NCBI RefSeq assembly: GCF_016432865.1
Contig: NC_067399.1
Location: forward strand, 4,898,001-4,962,000
Source: Antechinus flavipes
Taxonomy: Eukaryota
Direction of reading: 5' to 3'
DNA: 64,000 nt
The position numbers were made by a program, and so were the translations under genes. Under the pieces are notes generated by a model. That model ran no database searches, was not told the origin of the DNA, and saw only the letters and a program-made list of their open reading frames with translations. Within the stretch, counting starts at the first letter, position 1. Every line of letters starts with the position of its first letter. Shown piece by piece: positions 22,711 to 36,060 of the stretch.

Positions 22711-23709
22711 ATGGCGTGTGCTAAGTGCCTACTGTGGGCCAGGTTCAGTGTTGAAAAAGAAAGGCTAAGGCAGTCTTCTCCCAAGGAGCTCCCAGCGTGA
22801 GGGAGAGACAACAACGTACAAACAAGAGTGGACGGCTAAAATGGCGTCACCAGAGGGAGGGCAACGGCGTTGAGGGGATCCGGATGAGATCGACCAAGAG
22901 CAGCGATGAGGAGGGAGAGCGGCCCTGAGGGGGGATGGACAGAGGAAGCACCCAGACCTGGGCGGCTGAATGACCAGTCACAGCTTGGTGTCGGGACAAA
23001 CTACCTCAGAATACGGGCCGTTTCCAGGGTGGAACGAGCCGCCTCCGGAGGCAGGCGCTCCCCCACTCCTGGCGTTCCTCAAGCAGAAGCTGGACGGTCA
23101 CTCAGGATGGGCCTGTGCAGGCCAGACGGTTGCTGAGTCTTTCCCAGTTCCCAAATCCTGTCTGTCTCTGATGGTATCTCTCCCACATCCTTTTGTCTCT
23201 TCAGTCACTCTCTCCTTAACCACTGGGGTTTTTCCCAGGGCCTGCAGAGATGAAAGGCTGTTCTCCACCGGTGGAAATCCCGCCATAACAAAGAAGCCTT
23301 TCCTTGGAGCTACTTCCTCGGCCCTCTCCCTTCTGCTTTGTTAGGGAAGATGACCAGTCTGTGCTTCTCATCCCCTTTCCTCCCCTTCCCCTCCCTCCTG
23401 AGGGCTTTCCAATCCAGCTTCGGACACACACTTTTCCCAGTGGCCCTTTCACACTCTGCCTCTGCTCCGTCCTCCCACTGCCAGAAAACACCCACTGAGA
23501 TCTCTTCTTTGAAGGGCTTCCGGTGCGGTTCTAGCTGCGATGATCTCTTCTTCGCTGCCCGAATTGCCATGGTTTTGGACACGTGACCAATCCCATCCTC
23601 TCTTCGTCCTAATTTCTGATGGCCCTGCATAAGCCCCTTTGGCTGAATTTCTAGCCACACCAAGACAATCAGCGGCAGTTTCCTCTAAGGGCCAACCTTG
23701 GGCCCTCAA

Positions 23710-23940
23710 CAGCCGCAGTGGCTAGAACTGGACCTGAAGTCAAGAAGACTGGATTCCAAACTGTCTCAGATACGCAGTAGCTGTGTGACCCTGGGCACTT
23801 AACTGCTGTCTGTCTCAGTTTCCTCAACTGCAAAATGGGATGATATTATTGACCTCTCAGGGTTGTCACGATGATGAAGTGAGATTATATTTGTAAAGTG
23901 CTCCTCATAATGGCTGGTGCATAACACACTTAACAAATGC
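23710..23940 (+). mobile_element. MIR
   Basis: ctggacctgaagtcaagaagactggattcc...tctcagtttcctcaactgcaaaatggg...tgtaaagtgct. Confidence 0.8.
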
Positions 23941-24429
23941 TCCTTTCCCTCCCTTCTCTTTTCACTCTTCCTTCTCTCTTGGTGATCTCCCGTAATCATC
24001 CCCACAAGATGGCTACAAAGTCTCCAGATTCAGCTGATTTCTCCTCTGAATCCTGGACCCGTGCTCGCAGCTGTCTGTTGGGCATCTCCAGCGGGATGTC
24101 CGCCACCACAGGGAAAGAGATGACAGTTGTGCCATTTCTCTCCTGTCTCCGTGTTCCGGCGCCTCCTTTCCCTCTCCCTACCTGTTCCCACTGGCTGTTC
24201 GAGTCCCGGCTACCTCTGGCTTTGCCTTTGCGCTTCTTCCCGGGCTGCCCATGTGACTTGGCCATTGTCTGAGGTTCTTCCCCATCAGCCTGCGAGAGGG
24301 TTTGCGAGCCCCGACCGAACAGCAAGAAAAAGCAGCCTAATGTTAATAGCCCATTAATACCGAATATTTCGGACAAATAAGCAAAGCCAGATGTGGACGG
24401 AACATTGCCCTGTTTCCTTCAGCTCCCAG

Positions 24430-25900
24430 CGCTCCTGTAAACACTACAGCATTGTGTCCTAGGCCGGAAAAGTGGGCGCAGGACCAGGCCGCCGACTCTC
24501 GCCGCCCAGTTTAAGTGCAGTTAGAATAGTCAAGGAAAAGAAAGGTTTTTTGGAAAGGAGGGCCTGCAAAAGGAGCTGACAAGCTCCCCAGCCGGCCGCT
24601 GTTGGCCATCCGCTGTTGGCCGGCCGAGGCGCTTGCCCCACCGAGGGATCGGAGCCGTTCCAGCCCCGGGCGAGCGTCTCCGGGAGGCCGCCTTGTTCTC
24701 AATGGCTCATTCATCCTCCCGAGGCCTGCTCTGCGGCCCCTCGGCCTTAGAACCCGGGCTGGATTTCTTGGGAAAAGCTGACCTTCCAACCCACAGCAGG
24801 CGGCCCAAGATGGCGGCCTACTTATCGAGTGCGGTCGTCTATCTCCCCTGCCTTGGGGGCTGGCCTTTGCCGAGGCTCACTCCCCCCCAATCACAATGGA
24901 AGGACCTGAGACGTGCAAGGACGCGCCCGAGGAGGCTCCTGGCCCGGAGCACCCGGCTGTCCAATGGCGGCTCGGACAAGGCAGCTTCTCCGACCTCGTC
25001 GGAGGCTCTCGGTCTGCCTTAGTTTGGGCAAAAACTGCTGGAGGGAGCCCAGAGTCAGTGCGCCTTGATGACGGCCAGCGCCAGAAGTTTCCCAGAAGGA
25101 TAAATCTCGCTTCCTGCCGAGTTTGTAGCCTTAAGCCTTACGTAAGACGTACTCTGGCCTGGAACTCGGGAGGCTGTCCCGCAGCCAGGAATCACTCAGC
25201 CGGGGTCTCTGTCCTATTGCTACTCACGAACCTGCGGAGGAGCGTGGGGAGGGGGTGACACGGTCCAGGTGTGGAGGCCGCCTGGCCGTGAGGAGGGGGA
25301 GCCCTGCCTCCGCCCCCCCCCCCCTCGTTGAGCCCCGAGACTGGGGAACCGTGAGGCTGGGACACCTTGGGCAGAAGCTGAGCGGGGAAATCCAGCTTGA
25401 GAAAATCGGGTTGTTTATGGTGAGGAACGGGCGACTTCCTGTTTCTGAGCAAAATGGGCTGCGGGAGACTCGTAAAAACGAGCTTTGTTGGCCATTGACC
25501 GACTCCAGTAAAACATGGGGATGAGTTAAGTGTAAATGGATCAGTAGCATACAGATGAAATCCCCCTCAAAGTAAACAGGCAGAGACTGTGGTGGGCTGA
25601 ACTCAGCAGCTGGGCCCTGGCAGAACCGAGAGCCCGGGGCCGAGCTCAGGCAACTGGCCAGGAACGCCCCAGGTCACCGGCTGGCCCGGGTGGAGACAGA
25701 GGGGCCGCTGGATGCCCCTCACAAGCCAAATAAATAATGCGTGGCTAGAAAGTGTCTAATGGTGGCCAAATCCCGGCCCCGAGGGCCCGGGGAGGTAATT
25801 CTTGCACAGGTTTCCCCCCAAGGGCTCAGGCAGCTGGGGACAAGCCCGGGAGTAAGGCTCATAGAGCTCCCAGGAACCCTGTGAGCTAGGTCCGGTCAGC
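24430..25900. promoter_or_regulatory. CpG island with YY1 consensus sites
   Basis: caagatggcggc at 24806-24817, ccaatggcggc at 24961; ctcgtaaaa (HOX13-like) near 25470; high CpG density. Confidence 0.6.
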
Positions 25901-27070
25901 AAGCATGGCTTCTGTTATAGTTTGGCGATTTTAAATGAAAAAGAAAGGGATAGAGAATACATTAGGGCAAAAACAGGAAGAAAAGGTGGAGAAACCTGAT
26001 AATTAGGGCATTTAAGTAGAAATGTATACAAATAAGGAATAGATGAAGTCCCTGGACATCTCTTGAACCTCACATTTGTCTGAACTAACCAAGAAGGATG
26101 GAGTACACATGCTTACGTCAAGGGTCTGGGGCAGAAATACTCCCATACATTGGAAATAGGGAAAGGGAGAAGGGAAGCTCCCCGTGTATGTCACTGATCA
26201 ATGCTGCCCATATGGAGGAAGCTTATAAAGAGCTTACGTTTGAAGGGGAGACGGTGTGCCAGCAGCTGAGTCCCACAAGGTCCACCCCGAGTGGAAGGCG
26301 GGTTGTCTCAGAAGGGAGGAGGGGGATGCAGGGGCTGGCAAGGGCTCTCCACTACACGGCACAGACCCGCCAGGGGGGTATCACCCAAAGGGCTTCTCTG
26401 GGGGAACGTTCTCGATTCCAGCCTCCTCGGCCTTCTTTCTGCACAATTGGGGCCCTGCCAAAAGGAGGCTCAGGAAGGCAGCTGTGACAGGGAGGATACA
26501 GTCACCGTGTCAGGGAGCACCCTTGTTTCCTTTTATAAACCGGGTCACTACACCGGCAGGTGGAGGGAATGCTAGAGGTGTAATTTATCTTGTTTTAGCA
26601 AAGTATTTGATAAAGGATCCTTCCTATGCTTGGGAAAATATGCCTTAAAACGTTGATTTCCAACTCAAAGAGAAGCAGAGGAACCAAATCATGCAGAAGG
26701 AACCATGGGGAGCCATGCGGACTTAGAAAGTAACATGTTAACATTAACTATATTCTATTGCTCTATTCAGAAGGAGAAGAATGCTAATAAATTGTAGTGG
26801 GGAGAATGGCAATAAGGTGGAGGGACTTTGAGTTCATGTCATAGGGTTAGAGATAGTAGGAAGGAAAACATGATAAATGCTATCCTCAAATACCTCAGTG
26901 CTTATTATATATATAAATATTATTATAATTACATGTATTATATGTATGTAATATGATGCATTATATGTAATTAATTTATATTAATAAATATAAATTATAG
27001 GACAAATTATAATATATTACATAATAAATATAATATATTAAATATAATATAAAATTAATTCTTATGTGTA

Positions 27071-27111
<41 letters not shown>

Positions 27112-27119
27112 ATAAAGTT

Positions 27120-27330
27120 GGTTGTATCTAGCCCAGAAGTTTCAAAGATGAGATTTAGGCTTGATGTCAGTGGAAAATAAACCAACTCTTCCACATGTAG
27201 AGCAACTCCAAAGTAGACCGAGTTGCCACGGTGGTTCTGGGCTCCCCTCGTTGAAAGTCTTTGAGCAGAAGTGTGATCAGTTTGTTCAGAGGGTGGTCTC
27301 AGACGGGATAGGATTGGGCAATCCCCTCTA
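27120..27330 (+). mobile_element. L3/CR1 3' end
   Basis: agatttaggcttgatgtcag...ctcccctcgttgaaagtctttgagcagaag. Confidence 0.6.
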
Positions 27331-27829
27331 GTGTTGAGATCCCAGCATCTATGTCCAATCAACCAGACGGCCTTGGACAAGTTCCTATCTCCATTGTAGC
27401 TTATTATTCTTCTCAAAAAAATGGAAACAGAATCCTGTTCTGAAAAGATCCCTGTCAGTCCCATTATACTATGAATACTATGGAATCCATTCTCTTCCTC
27501 CCCCCAAAATCCATCCCTCTTCCAAACCTTTCCATTTCCATTAGTGCCATCAACAGCATCCAAACCACCAGCTTGATTCAATCTTGGCTCGATCTCCATT
27601 CTCTCTCAATTGAATCTCTTTCAGCCGGCATTTATTGGGCACCAACTCAATGAGAGATAAGGTGATCCCCTGCCTGCTCCATCCAATGAAATGTCAGTTT
27701 TACATCTTTAGCTCTCACATCTATCTTATATCAAGACAATATTTATAAAGTACTTGGCATAGTGCTTAGTAGGTAGTAGGGCCTTAATAAAATATTTATT
27801 TTCTTTCCTTTCCTTTCCTTCCCTTCCCT

Positions 27830-28070
27830 TCCATCTGTGCCAAAGGTCATGAAGGAGCTGAAGGAGATGCTATGGAACACTCAGAGCTTGGTCAGTTATC
27901 AAAGACCAAGGTCATTCACTGTGTTCTGGACTTTTGTCCTGCCATTGGCCTTTGATGACTCTGGAGGAAAGAATGAGGCTGACAACTTTGTGCGTCTCTG
28001 CCTGACTTCAGTCCAGTCTGTATTAGTCAGCTCAGCACCCTGCAATGTCATCGGTCCTCTTTGAGAAGGA
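27830..28070 (-). mobile_element. RTE-related marsupial SINE (WALLSI-like)
   Basis: gatgactctggaggaaagaatgaggctgacaactttgtgcgtctctgcc; same family as 46880-47190 in the opposite orientation. Confidence 0.5.
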
Positions 28071-28269
28071 AGGACCACAGCATCACTGTCCAGGAACAGC
28101 GGTCACTTTGCTTTTCTTCCATATTGGTGTCTTTCTGGTGCCTAAGCCTTACCCCTGTCTTTCAGAATCCCTCTCTTCCTCCAGGATTCAGTCTATATCC
28201 CCATTTAGTTGTCCCAGATGCTAGACCCTATGCTATAAAGTTACGTTTGGTCTATTCTGAATATGTCTC

Positions 28270-28510
28270 ATATGTTGTTCAGTCTTGTCAGTCATGTCCA
28301 ACTCTTTGTGACCCTATTTGCCATTTTTTTCGCAAAGATACCAGAGCGATTGGCCATGTCCTTCTCCGGATCATTTTGAGGAAATTGAGGCAAACAGAGG
28401 GAAGTGATTTGCCCAGGATCACCCAGCGAGGAAGTGACTGAGTTTGGATTTGAACTCAGGTCTTGCTGATTCCAGAACCAGCGGTCTATCCAATGTACCA
28501 CCTGGCCATC
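28270..28510 (-). mobile_element. Mar1-type SINE
   Basis: gttgttcagtc...gtgaccctatttg...caaagatacc...gaggaaattgaggcaaac...tttgaactcagg. Confidence 0.8.
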
Positions 28511-28699
28511 CTACCTTATATATGCATAACTGTTTACATGGTTTTTCTACATTAGACTATAGGCTCTTTCAAGGCAGAGATGATTTTTTTCCCCTATTTC
28601 TTTGTGTTCCCAGCACTCACGACAATGACAACAGCGCAGCAAATGGTAATAGTCAGAGAACGAAAGTACTCCTCCTTTATATCAAGAAATCTCCAATAT

Positions 28700-29345
28700 C
28701 AAAGAAACAGCCAAAAGATCTCCAGGTACAATAATATTTATAGGAGTTTGTTTTGTGGTGGCAAAGACTCGGAAACTGAAGGTACGCATCGATTGGGAAT
28801 CGGCTAGCCAAGTCATTGTATGTGTATATTGTATATGAAGTGTATGTTGCATACGATGAGTTGTATATGAATGTGATAAGATTCTATTGTGCCATCAGAA
28901 GTGATGGAGAGGATGGTTGGGAGAAACCAAGAAAGGCCTTTCTGAAGCGATACAGTGAGAACCAGGAGAAGAACAAATACGACAACAGTACCTCAAGGAC
29001 AACCAGCTCCCAAAGGATCCCAGCACAATGACTCACTACGGTTCGGAAGGACTCACAAAGAACCACGCTGTCCCCCTTCAGAGAGGGGGCTGACGGACTC
29101 CAAGATCAGATGGAAACAGAGACACTTTCCCTTTCTTTTTTATTATTAGTCCAGATTTTTTTATTATTATTAGTTCAGATTTTTTTATTATTAGTCCAGA
29201 GAGGACTAACGAGGGAATCTGGTTTTTGTGACTACACATATTTCTAATGGACTTTGTTTTTCTTGTCTTCTCAATGGGTGGGGGAGGAAGCCGGGGGAGG
29301 ATTTGGAACTGAAAATAAAATTGGAAGAAAAAATCTTCCCCCACT
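28700..29345 (+). mobile_element. L1 ORF2 end and 3' UTR fragments
   Basis: ttgtggtggcaaagactcggaaactgaagg...gattgggaatcggct; ends at ttggaactgaaaataaaa. Confidence 0.7.
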
Positions 29346-30067
29346 TATTAGTTATACTTTGTTGATTAGCAAAAATGTATGATGACCCCAAGCTCCCATG
29401 GATTCTGTAACATTCCTCAATGCATTTGTATGTTTTCAATCCCAGCAGCATCTCAGCACATCTGAGGAGCCAGTGCCCAGAGATGTGCGAGACATGTTAT
29501 TCATTCGGGCTCCAGAAGGCTTGTTTGCCAATTCATTACACGGAGTTATGTGATCTATATTGTTGGAGCTGCGTGAAGGTCCAAATGGCAAAGCTCGGGG
29601 TGCCTCGGGATTCACAGACTCCTTTGTAATAACTCCGTGGCACCCCAGGAATCCGCAGCCCGCGGTTTGGGAACGGCTGTGATCAAGACATGTGAGCTGC
29701 GGTTTTGATGACAATAGCCCCGGCTGGATTGATCTCCCCTCCGTGTGGGAGAGAACTCTCTGAGAGCGGCCTCGGGGAAACAAAGTCATCCGTGTGTCCC
29801 CGCGGGCACGTGAGTGTGGCTACTGTCCCCGGGACCAAGGTGCAGGTCAGAGAAATTAGGTGACAGCCAATGAGGGTCAGGTGAGACTCGAACCCGGGTC
29901 TCTCTGGAGCACTGGCTGTTCCTCGTTGCCTCTATTTCTATTATCCCTGTTTCCTCTGGAAAAAGCACTGAGTTCTCCGACACCATGTTCTATTGATGGC
30001 AGCTGGAAAAAAAGTGACACAGAATCATGGATCCCCAGGATTTCAGAGCTGTGAGATTCTTGGCAAT

Positions 30068-30363
30068 NNNNNNNNNNNNNNNNNNNNNNNNNNNNNNNNN
30101 NNNNNNNNNNNNNNNNNNNNNNNNNNNNNNNNNNNNNNNNNNNNNNNNNNNNNNNNNNNNNNNNNNNNNNNNNNNNNNNNNNNNNNNNNNNNNNNNNNNN
30201 NNNNNNNNNNNNNNNNNNNNNNNNNNNNNNNNNNNNNNNNNNNNNNNNNNNNNNNNNNNNNNNNNNNNNNNNNNNNNNNNNNNNNNNNNNNNNNNNNNNN
30301 NNNNNNNNNNNNNNNNNNNNNNNNNNNNNNNNNNNNNNNNNNNNNNNNNNNNNNNNNNNNNNN
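30068..30363. other. Assembly gap, followed by a (CTT/CCT)n simple repeat
   Basis: N run. Confidence 1.
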
Positions 30364-31059
30364 CATTGTTCTTCTTTTCCTCCTCTTCCTCTTCCTCCCC
30401 CTCTTCCTCCTTTTAACAGAACATTTTATTTTGTTTGGTCCTAATAGCATTTTAATTTGACTCTGAGACTCACTCCTCATCCCCATTGCTTCTGGTTCTT
30501 CCCTCCGGTGGCTCGTGGTGAGCACAGGATCCCACGGGCTTTCTGGGAACATCACACAAACCACTGGTTTGAGGTTGAGGCTGGAGGGCTGTCCCACCAC
30601 GGCATCCTGTGGGATCAAAGTCTGCGGATGCTGTTTTGCTTTTGCCACATTCTGGGCCACAAGGATGTGCCCTGGCCAGGCCCGGGCCGAGCCAGGATGC
30701 GAGGGGCCGGGCCACGTCTTCCAGGGCCTTCCCCATGGTGATACCCTTCCAGTAGTCGGCCTCAGCCTGGAAACCAGACGGATTTGGGAGCAGGAGCCAG
30801 GACTCTGTGTTTAGATCCATTTCAGTCCTGGCCCCCAGAATACAAACCAGCATCAACAATTTGCAATTACAGCGTTAACATGTTCTATTTCGAGGCTAAA
30901 CTAAACAGTGGAGCAAATTGTAGGAGGACTCGTGTTTGTTTAACTCTAATACAGCTGAGATCCTTATCAGGCCGAGTCCGGGGAGCTGCCTGCAGTTCCC
31001 CCCCCCACCCCCAGCCTGGGAGCAGAGGGCATCCATTACTCAAGGAGACCCTTCTGAAG

Positions 31060-31212
31060 AGCAAGAAGAAGAGAAACAAAAAGAAAAGGAGGAGGGAAGA
31101 GGAGCAAGAAGAGGAAAAGAATGAGGATCAGGGAAAAAAGAGGAGGAGAAAGAAGAGGAGTAGAAACAAAAGGAAAAGAAGAAGAGGAGGAAGAAGATGA
31201 GGAGGAGAAACA
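31060..31212. repeat. (GAA/GGA)n purine-rich low-complexity tract
   Basis: direct read. Confidence 0.9.
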
Positions 31213-31799
31213 AAAGGCCTCCATTTTTTACGATCCTAGAAGTAAAAAAACCCCACATTATGCTAGGTTTTTTTTCCTGTTCTTTGTTCAATCAAGTCCC
31301 AGAAGCACTGACAAAGTAAGTGTCTACTATGTGCAAGGGACTGAGGATGCAACAAAACATAAAATCTCTTTCTTGCTCTCAAGAGCTCTCTTGTACCAAG
31401 AACACAAAGCACTACAATCCATGGAAAAGGCCGCTCTCTCCCCCCTCCCAGATAGAAGGGAGTGGGGTACAGCCCTAGTAAGATTGGCCAGGATAACGGC
31501 CAGTAAGGATTGCTCTCTTCTGCTCTCGCTTCAAGAACTTATGTTCAGTTCTAGCCATCCATCCACTCGGACAGTTCTGTTCTCGTTGGCTATTTTGGTC
31601 AGAAGGGGAATGACTATGTTTCTGCCAGCAGCAGAATGAGCTCCTTTGATTCCCAGTGACTCATAACCAGGGTGGCCAAAAATATGGAACTATGGGAAGG
31701 CCACCGAATCCAAAGAAATGATTACCGACTTTTGCAAAGAATCCCACTCTGCTCCTTTTCTGGCACCTTCCTCTCTCAGACAAGGTGATTGGATGGAGA

Positions 31800-32110
31800 T
31801 CCTCCTGAGGAAAGGTCTGTGGAAGCTTGTAAACAACCTTGAGTTCTCAGCTTGCTCGACTTGAACAAACCAGGAATGTTTCACCTGGAAAAAGGGGAGA
31901 CTCGTGGTAGTTGTCTTCATGTATTTATATGGTCCTGAGCTGAAGGGAACAGATTTGTTTCTCTTGTCCCCAGGGGCAGAACTAGGAGTTGGGTGGACGT
32001 AGGCTCAAGAAAATGCCCATAACAATAAGGGCCTTCCCTATGAAAAAGGGAGCTTCCTCAGGAGGTGCTGAACTCCCCCTCAATGGAAGTCCTTAAGCAG
32101 TTGCTCTTGA
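31800..32110 (+). mobile_element. L3/CR1 3' fragment
   Basis: ggaatgtttcacctggaaaaagggaga...ggggcagaactaggag...ccccctcaatggaagtccttaagcag. Confidence 0.65.
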
Positions 32111-32149
32111 GTGTGTTATTGGGGGGATTATTATTATTTTTTTTTTTTG

Positions 32150-32285
32150 TGGAGCTAATAAGGATCAAGCGACTTGCCCAGGGTCACACAGCTGGGAAGA
32201 GTTAAGTGTCTGAGGCCAGATTTGAACACTCAGGTCCTCTTGACTTCAGGGCTGGTGCTCTACCCACTGAGCCACCTAGCTGCCT
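32150..32285 (-). mobile_element. WSINE1-type SINE
   Basis: poly-T then gacttgcccagggtcacacagct...gagccacctagctgcc. Confidence 0.85.
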
Positions 32286-32529
32286 GATTAATTTTCAAGC
32301 AGAAATGGGGCTAGAGGGCCACCCCGGTCCCTTCCCACTCTGAAACTCTGTGATTCCTATTTCCCTGGTCAATTGGTTTCCCTTCGTAGAAAGGGAGCTG
32401 GTTCATAGAGTTTCATGTTGGTCAAAGATTGAGTCAATCATTTCACCTCCCTGGGCCTCAGTTTCCCCAGCTGTGAACTGAAGGATTCGTAGTTCATGAG
32501 CTCAAACCTCTGATCCATCTCTAAAGTCA

Positions 32530-32790
32530 GCATGATATAGAGAAGACTAGGTGTGCAGTGGTTAGCGTGCTGGGCCTGGAGTCAGGGAAACCTGAGTTTA
32601 AATCCGGCCTCAGACACTTGCTAGCGGAGCGACGTTGGACAGGTCACTTTTTCCAATTTGCCTCAGTTCGTGAGCTGTAAAATAAACTGGAGAAGGAAAC
32701 AGCAAATCCCTCCAGCCACTTGGCCAAGGAAACTCCCAAAGGGGTCACAGAGGGTTGGACACAACTGGGAACGACCCAACATCTGAGTGC
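32530..32790 (+). mobile_element. Mar1-type SINE
   Basis: gggcctggagtcagggaaacctgagtttaaatccggcctcagacac...ggggtcacagagggttggacacaactggg. Confidence 0.8.
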
Positions 32791-33409
32791 ACATGGTCTC
32801 GGAGGCAGAACACAGATTCAAGACTTGGCTCTGATGGTCCTGTGATCCTGGGGAAGCCCTTGCCCACCCTGAGCCCGTCGTCCTCATGGCAGCATCCAGG
32901 GCCATGGATTCTCATGACTGGAGCAGATCCTGGAGAGTCCTTGGGGCCAAGGATCAGCTACGAGAGCCCTCCACCCTTTCAGAGGAGAGGCAGAGACTCA
33001 GGAAAAGCAAGAGCTGAGAGGGGAGTCACCCGCCATGCCCATCAGTGGCATCCAGAAGTGGAGGCTGCTACGGCCTGGGCAGGAGGCACCACCAGACCAG
33101 CTGAGACTGGTCTTTAGGCGTAGAAGTGAACTGGATGGACACAGGATCTCCACGACCTCTCCTCTTCGTCTCCTGCCCAGAAGTGACCCTGGCTTGTCTT
33201 ACTCCACCCCCAGTCCCTCCTACAATTCTCTGTATACACTAATTATTGAGCCAGCACAGGATAGTGGGAAAGGCCATTTTCCAAGCACATGCTTATATTG
33301 TTATTATATCGATAATTAGCCTTAAGTGCTCGGTTGCCCGACCTCAGTTCATTAACTCAAGAATTTCAGATCTTTACAGTTAGATGATCCAAGGCAGTCC
33401 TGATAAACT

Positions 33410-33545
33410 TTGGACAGAAAACGCCATCTGCATCCAGAAAGAGAACTATGGATGTTGAATGTAAATCAGCACATGCTGTGTTAACTTTTTTCTGATTTTT
33501 TTTCTCTCATGGTTTTCTCCTTCTGATTTTTCTTCCCCAACATGA
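33410..33545 (+). mobile_element. L1 3' UTR fragment
   Basis: gccatctgcatccagaaagagaactatgga. Confidence 0.7.
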
Positions 33546-33569
33546 TGCATGTTGATGATCAATCTTGAA

Positions 33570-36060
33570 AAAGTTATTATATATGTACAATCAGTTTTGG
33601 TCATAGTTCCAAATTGCTCTCCAGAATGGTTGGATCATTTCACAGTTCCACCGACAATGTATCAGCGTCCCAGTTTTCCCCCATCCCTTTCAACATCTAT
33701 CATTATCTTTTCCTGTCATTTTAGGAGGTACCTCAGAGTGGTTTTAATTTGCTTTTCTCTGTAATCATAGTGATTTAGAACATTTCTTTCATCTGACCAT
33801 AGATGGCTTTAATTTTATCATCTGAAAACTGTTCATATACTTTGACCATTTGCCTATTGGGGAATGACTAGTGTTCATATAAATTTGAAACAGTTCTTTA
33901 TATATTTCAAAAATGAGGGCTTTATCAGAAACATGAGCTCTAAAATTTTTTCCCAGTTTTGTCCATACTTTTTAACCTTGTTTGTGTTCATTTTGTTTAT
34001 ACAAAAACTTAATAATTTAATGCAAAGTTCTCTATTTTGTATTTTATAATGTTCTCTAGTTCTTCTTTGGTCATAAACTCCTCCCTTCTCCAAAGCTCTA
34101 ATGGATAAACTACTCCTTGCTCCCCTAATTTGAGTATGGTATCACCCTTTGTACCCAAATCATGTGCCCATTACAAGCTTATTTTGGCACGGGCTGTGAG
34201 ATACTGTAGGTCTGTGCTGAGTTTCTGACATATTATTTTCAAGTTTTCCCAGCAAGTTTAGTGAAAGAGTGAATTCTTACCCCAGAGTTTGGGGATTTAT
34301 CAAATACTAAGTTGCTATGGCCTTTGATTATTGTGTCCTGTATATCTAACCTATTCCCTCTCTCCCCTACTCTATTTCTTAACCAGTACCAAACAGTTTT
34401 GATGACTGCTACTTTATAATAGAATTTTAGGGTTGGTAAGGCGAGGTCACCATTCTTTGTATTTTTTCCCATTTATTCTCTTGATTCTTTTTTGTTCTTC
34501 CAAATAAATTTTGTTCTTATTTTTTCCTGCTCTATAAAATAAGCTTGTGGTAGTTTGATTGGTATTGGTAGACCAATTTAGCTAGAATTGTCTTTTTATT
34601 ATATTTGCTCAGCCTACCCATGAGCAATTGTTATTCTCCGAATTGTTTAAATCTGACTTTATTTGTGTGAGAAGCGTTTTCTGATTGTGTTCATATAGTT
34701 CCTGGGTTTGTCTTGGCAGGTAGATATCCTAATTTTGTAAATTTCAAATATTATTTAAAATCTAATTTCTCTTTCTATCTCTTGCTGCTGGGCTTTGTCA
34801 ATAATATATAGAAATGATGATGATTTGTGTGGGTTTATTTTATATCCTACAACTTTGCTGGGCTGTTAATTATTTCAAGTAGATTTTTGGATGACTTTCG
34901 AGGATTCTCTAAGTATATCATCATATTGTCTGCAAATAGTGATTTGACTCATTGTCTATTCTAATTCTTTTAATTTCTTTTTCTTCTCTTATTGCCAAAG
35001 CTAACATTTCTAATAGAATATTTAATAGTAATGATGATTATGGGCATTCTTGTTTCACCCCTGATCTTGTTGGAAATGCATCCAGCTTCTTTCCATTACA
35101 AATAACGCCTGGTGATGGATGGCTTTAAATAGATACTGCTTATTATTTTAAGGAAAAATCCCTTTATTTCTCATGTTTTTAATAGGAATGAATGCTATAT
35201 TTTGTGAAAAGCATTTTTTGCATTTATTGAGATCATCGTATGATTTCTATTGACTTTATTACTGATATGATTGATGAATTCATCGGTTTCATCTCTGGAG
35301 GTGGATACCATTTTTTATCATGAGTCCTTTGGAATGGTCTCAGATCATTGTATTGATCAAAACAACCAAGTCTTTCTCAATTGATCATATATAGCATTGC
35401 ATTTAAATGATCTTCCAATACTTCTCATTTAACTCTATATCAGTTCATATAATTGTTATCCCTGTTTTCACCTTTTCCCCCCTAAAACCTCCCCCTTTAT
35501 TATTTCTTATAGCACAATAGTACTCGGTCACAATCTTATGCCACAGCTTGCTTTGCTCTTCCCGAAGTGATGGGTATCCCCTCGATTTCCAATTCTTTGC
35601 TATCACAAAAAGAACTGCTATAACTTTTTGTATACATGTTGTTTTCCTTTTCCTTTGATTTACATTGGGGTACAAATCTAGTAGTGGGATTGCTGAATAT
35701 GCACCGTCCATGGCTCTTTGAGTATAGTTCCAATTGTTCTCCAGAATGATCAAACCAGTTCACAATTCTATCAACATAATATTAGTATATCTATTTTCCT
35801 CCCCACCCCCAAATTTGTCACTCTTGATAGATATAAAATCATAGCTCAGAGTTGCTAAAAATGGTATTTCTTTAATTAATAATTATTTAGCATTTTTTTC
35901 TTATGAGTATAGATAGCTTTAATTTCTTTTTTTCTGAAAATTGCCTGTTCATGTCTTTTGATCATTTATCAGTTGGGAAATGGCTCTCATTTTTATAAAT
36001 TTGACTCAGTTCCCCATGCATTTGAGAAGAGGCTTTTATCAAAGAAAATTGCCCTCAAAC
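33570..36060 (-). mobile_element. Antisense L1 ORF2/3' UTR fragments (at least two elements)
   Basis: ORF 34239-34472 reads LALPTLKFYYKVAVIKTVWYWLRNR, the L1 RT C-terminal motif; ORF 35445-35753 reads AIPLLDLYP...VIAVLFVIAKNWK. Confidence 0.9.

Noticed and set aside
33410-35290. L1 twin-priming inversion
   Set aside because: The orientation order (sense 3' UTR piece lacking a poly-A, then antisense ORF2) and the absence of a shared TSD fit separate fragments better
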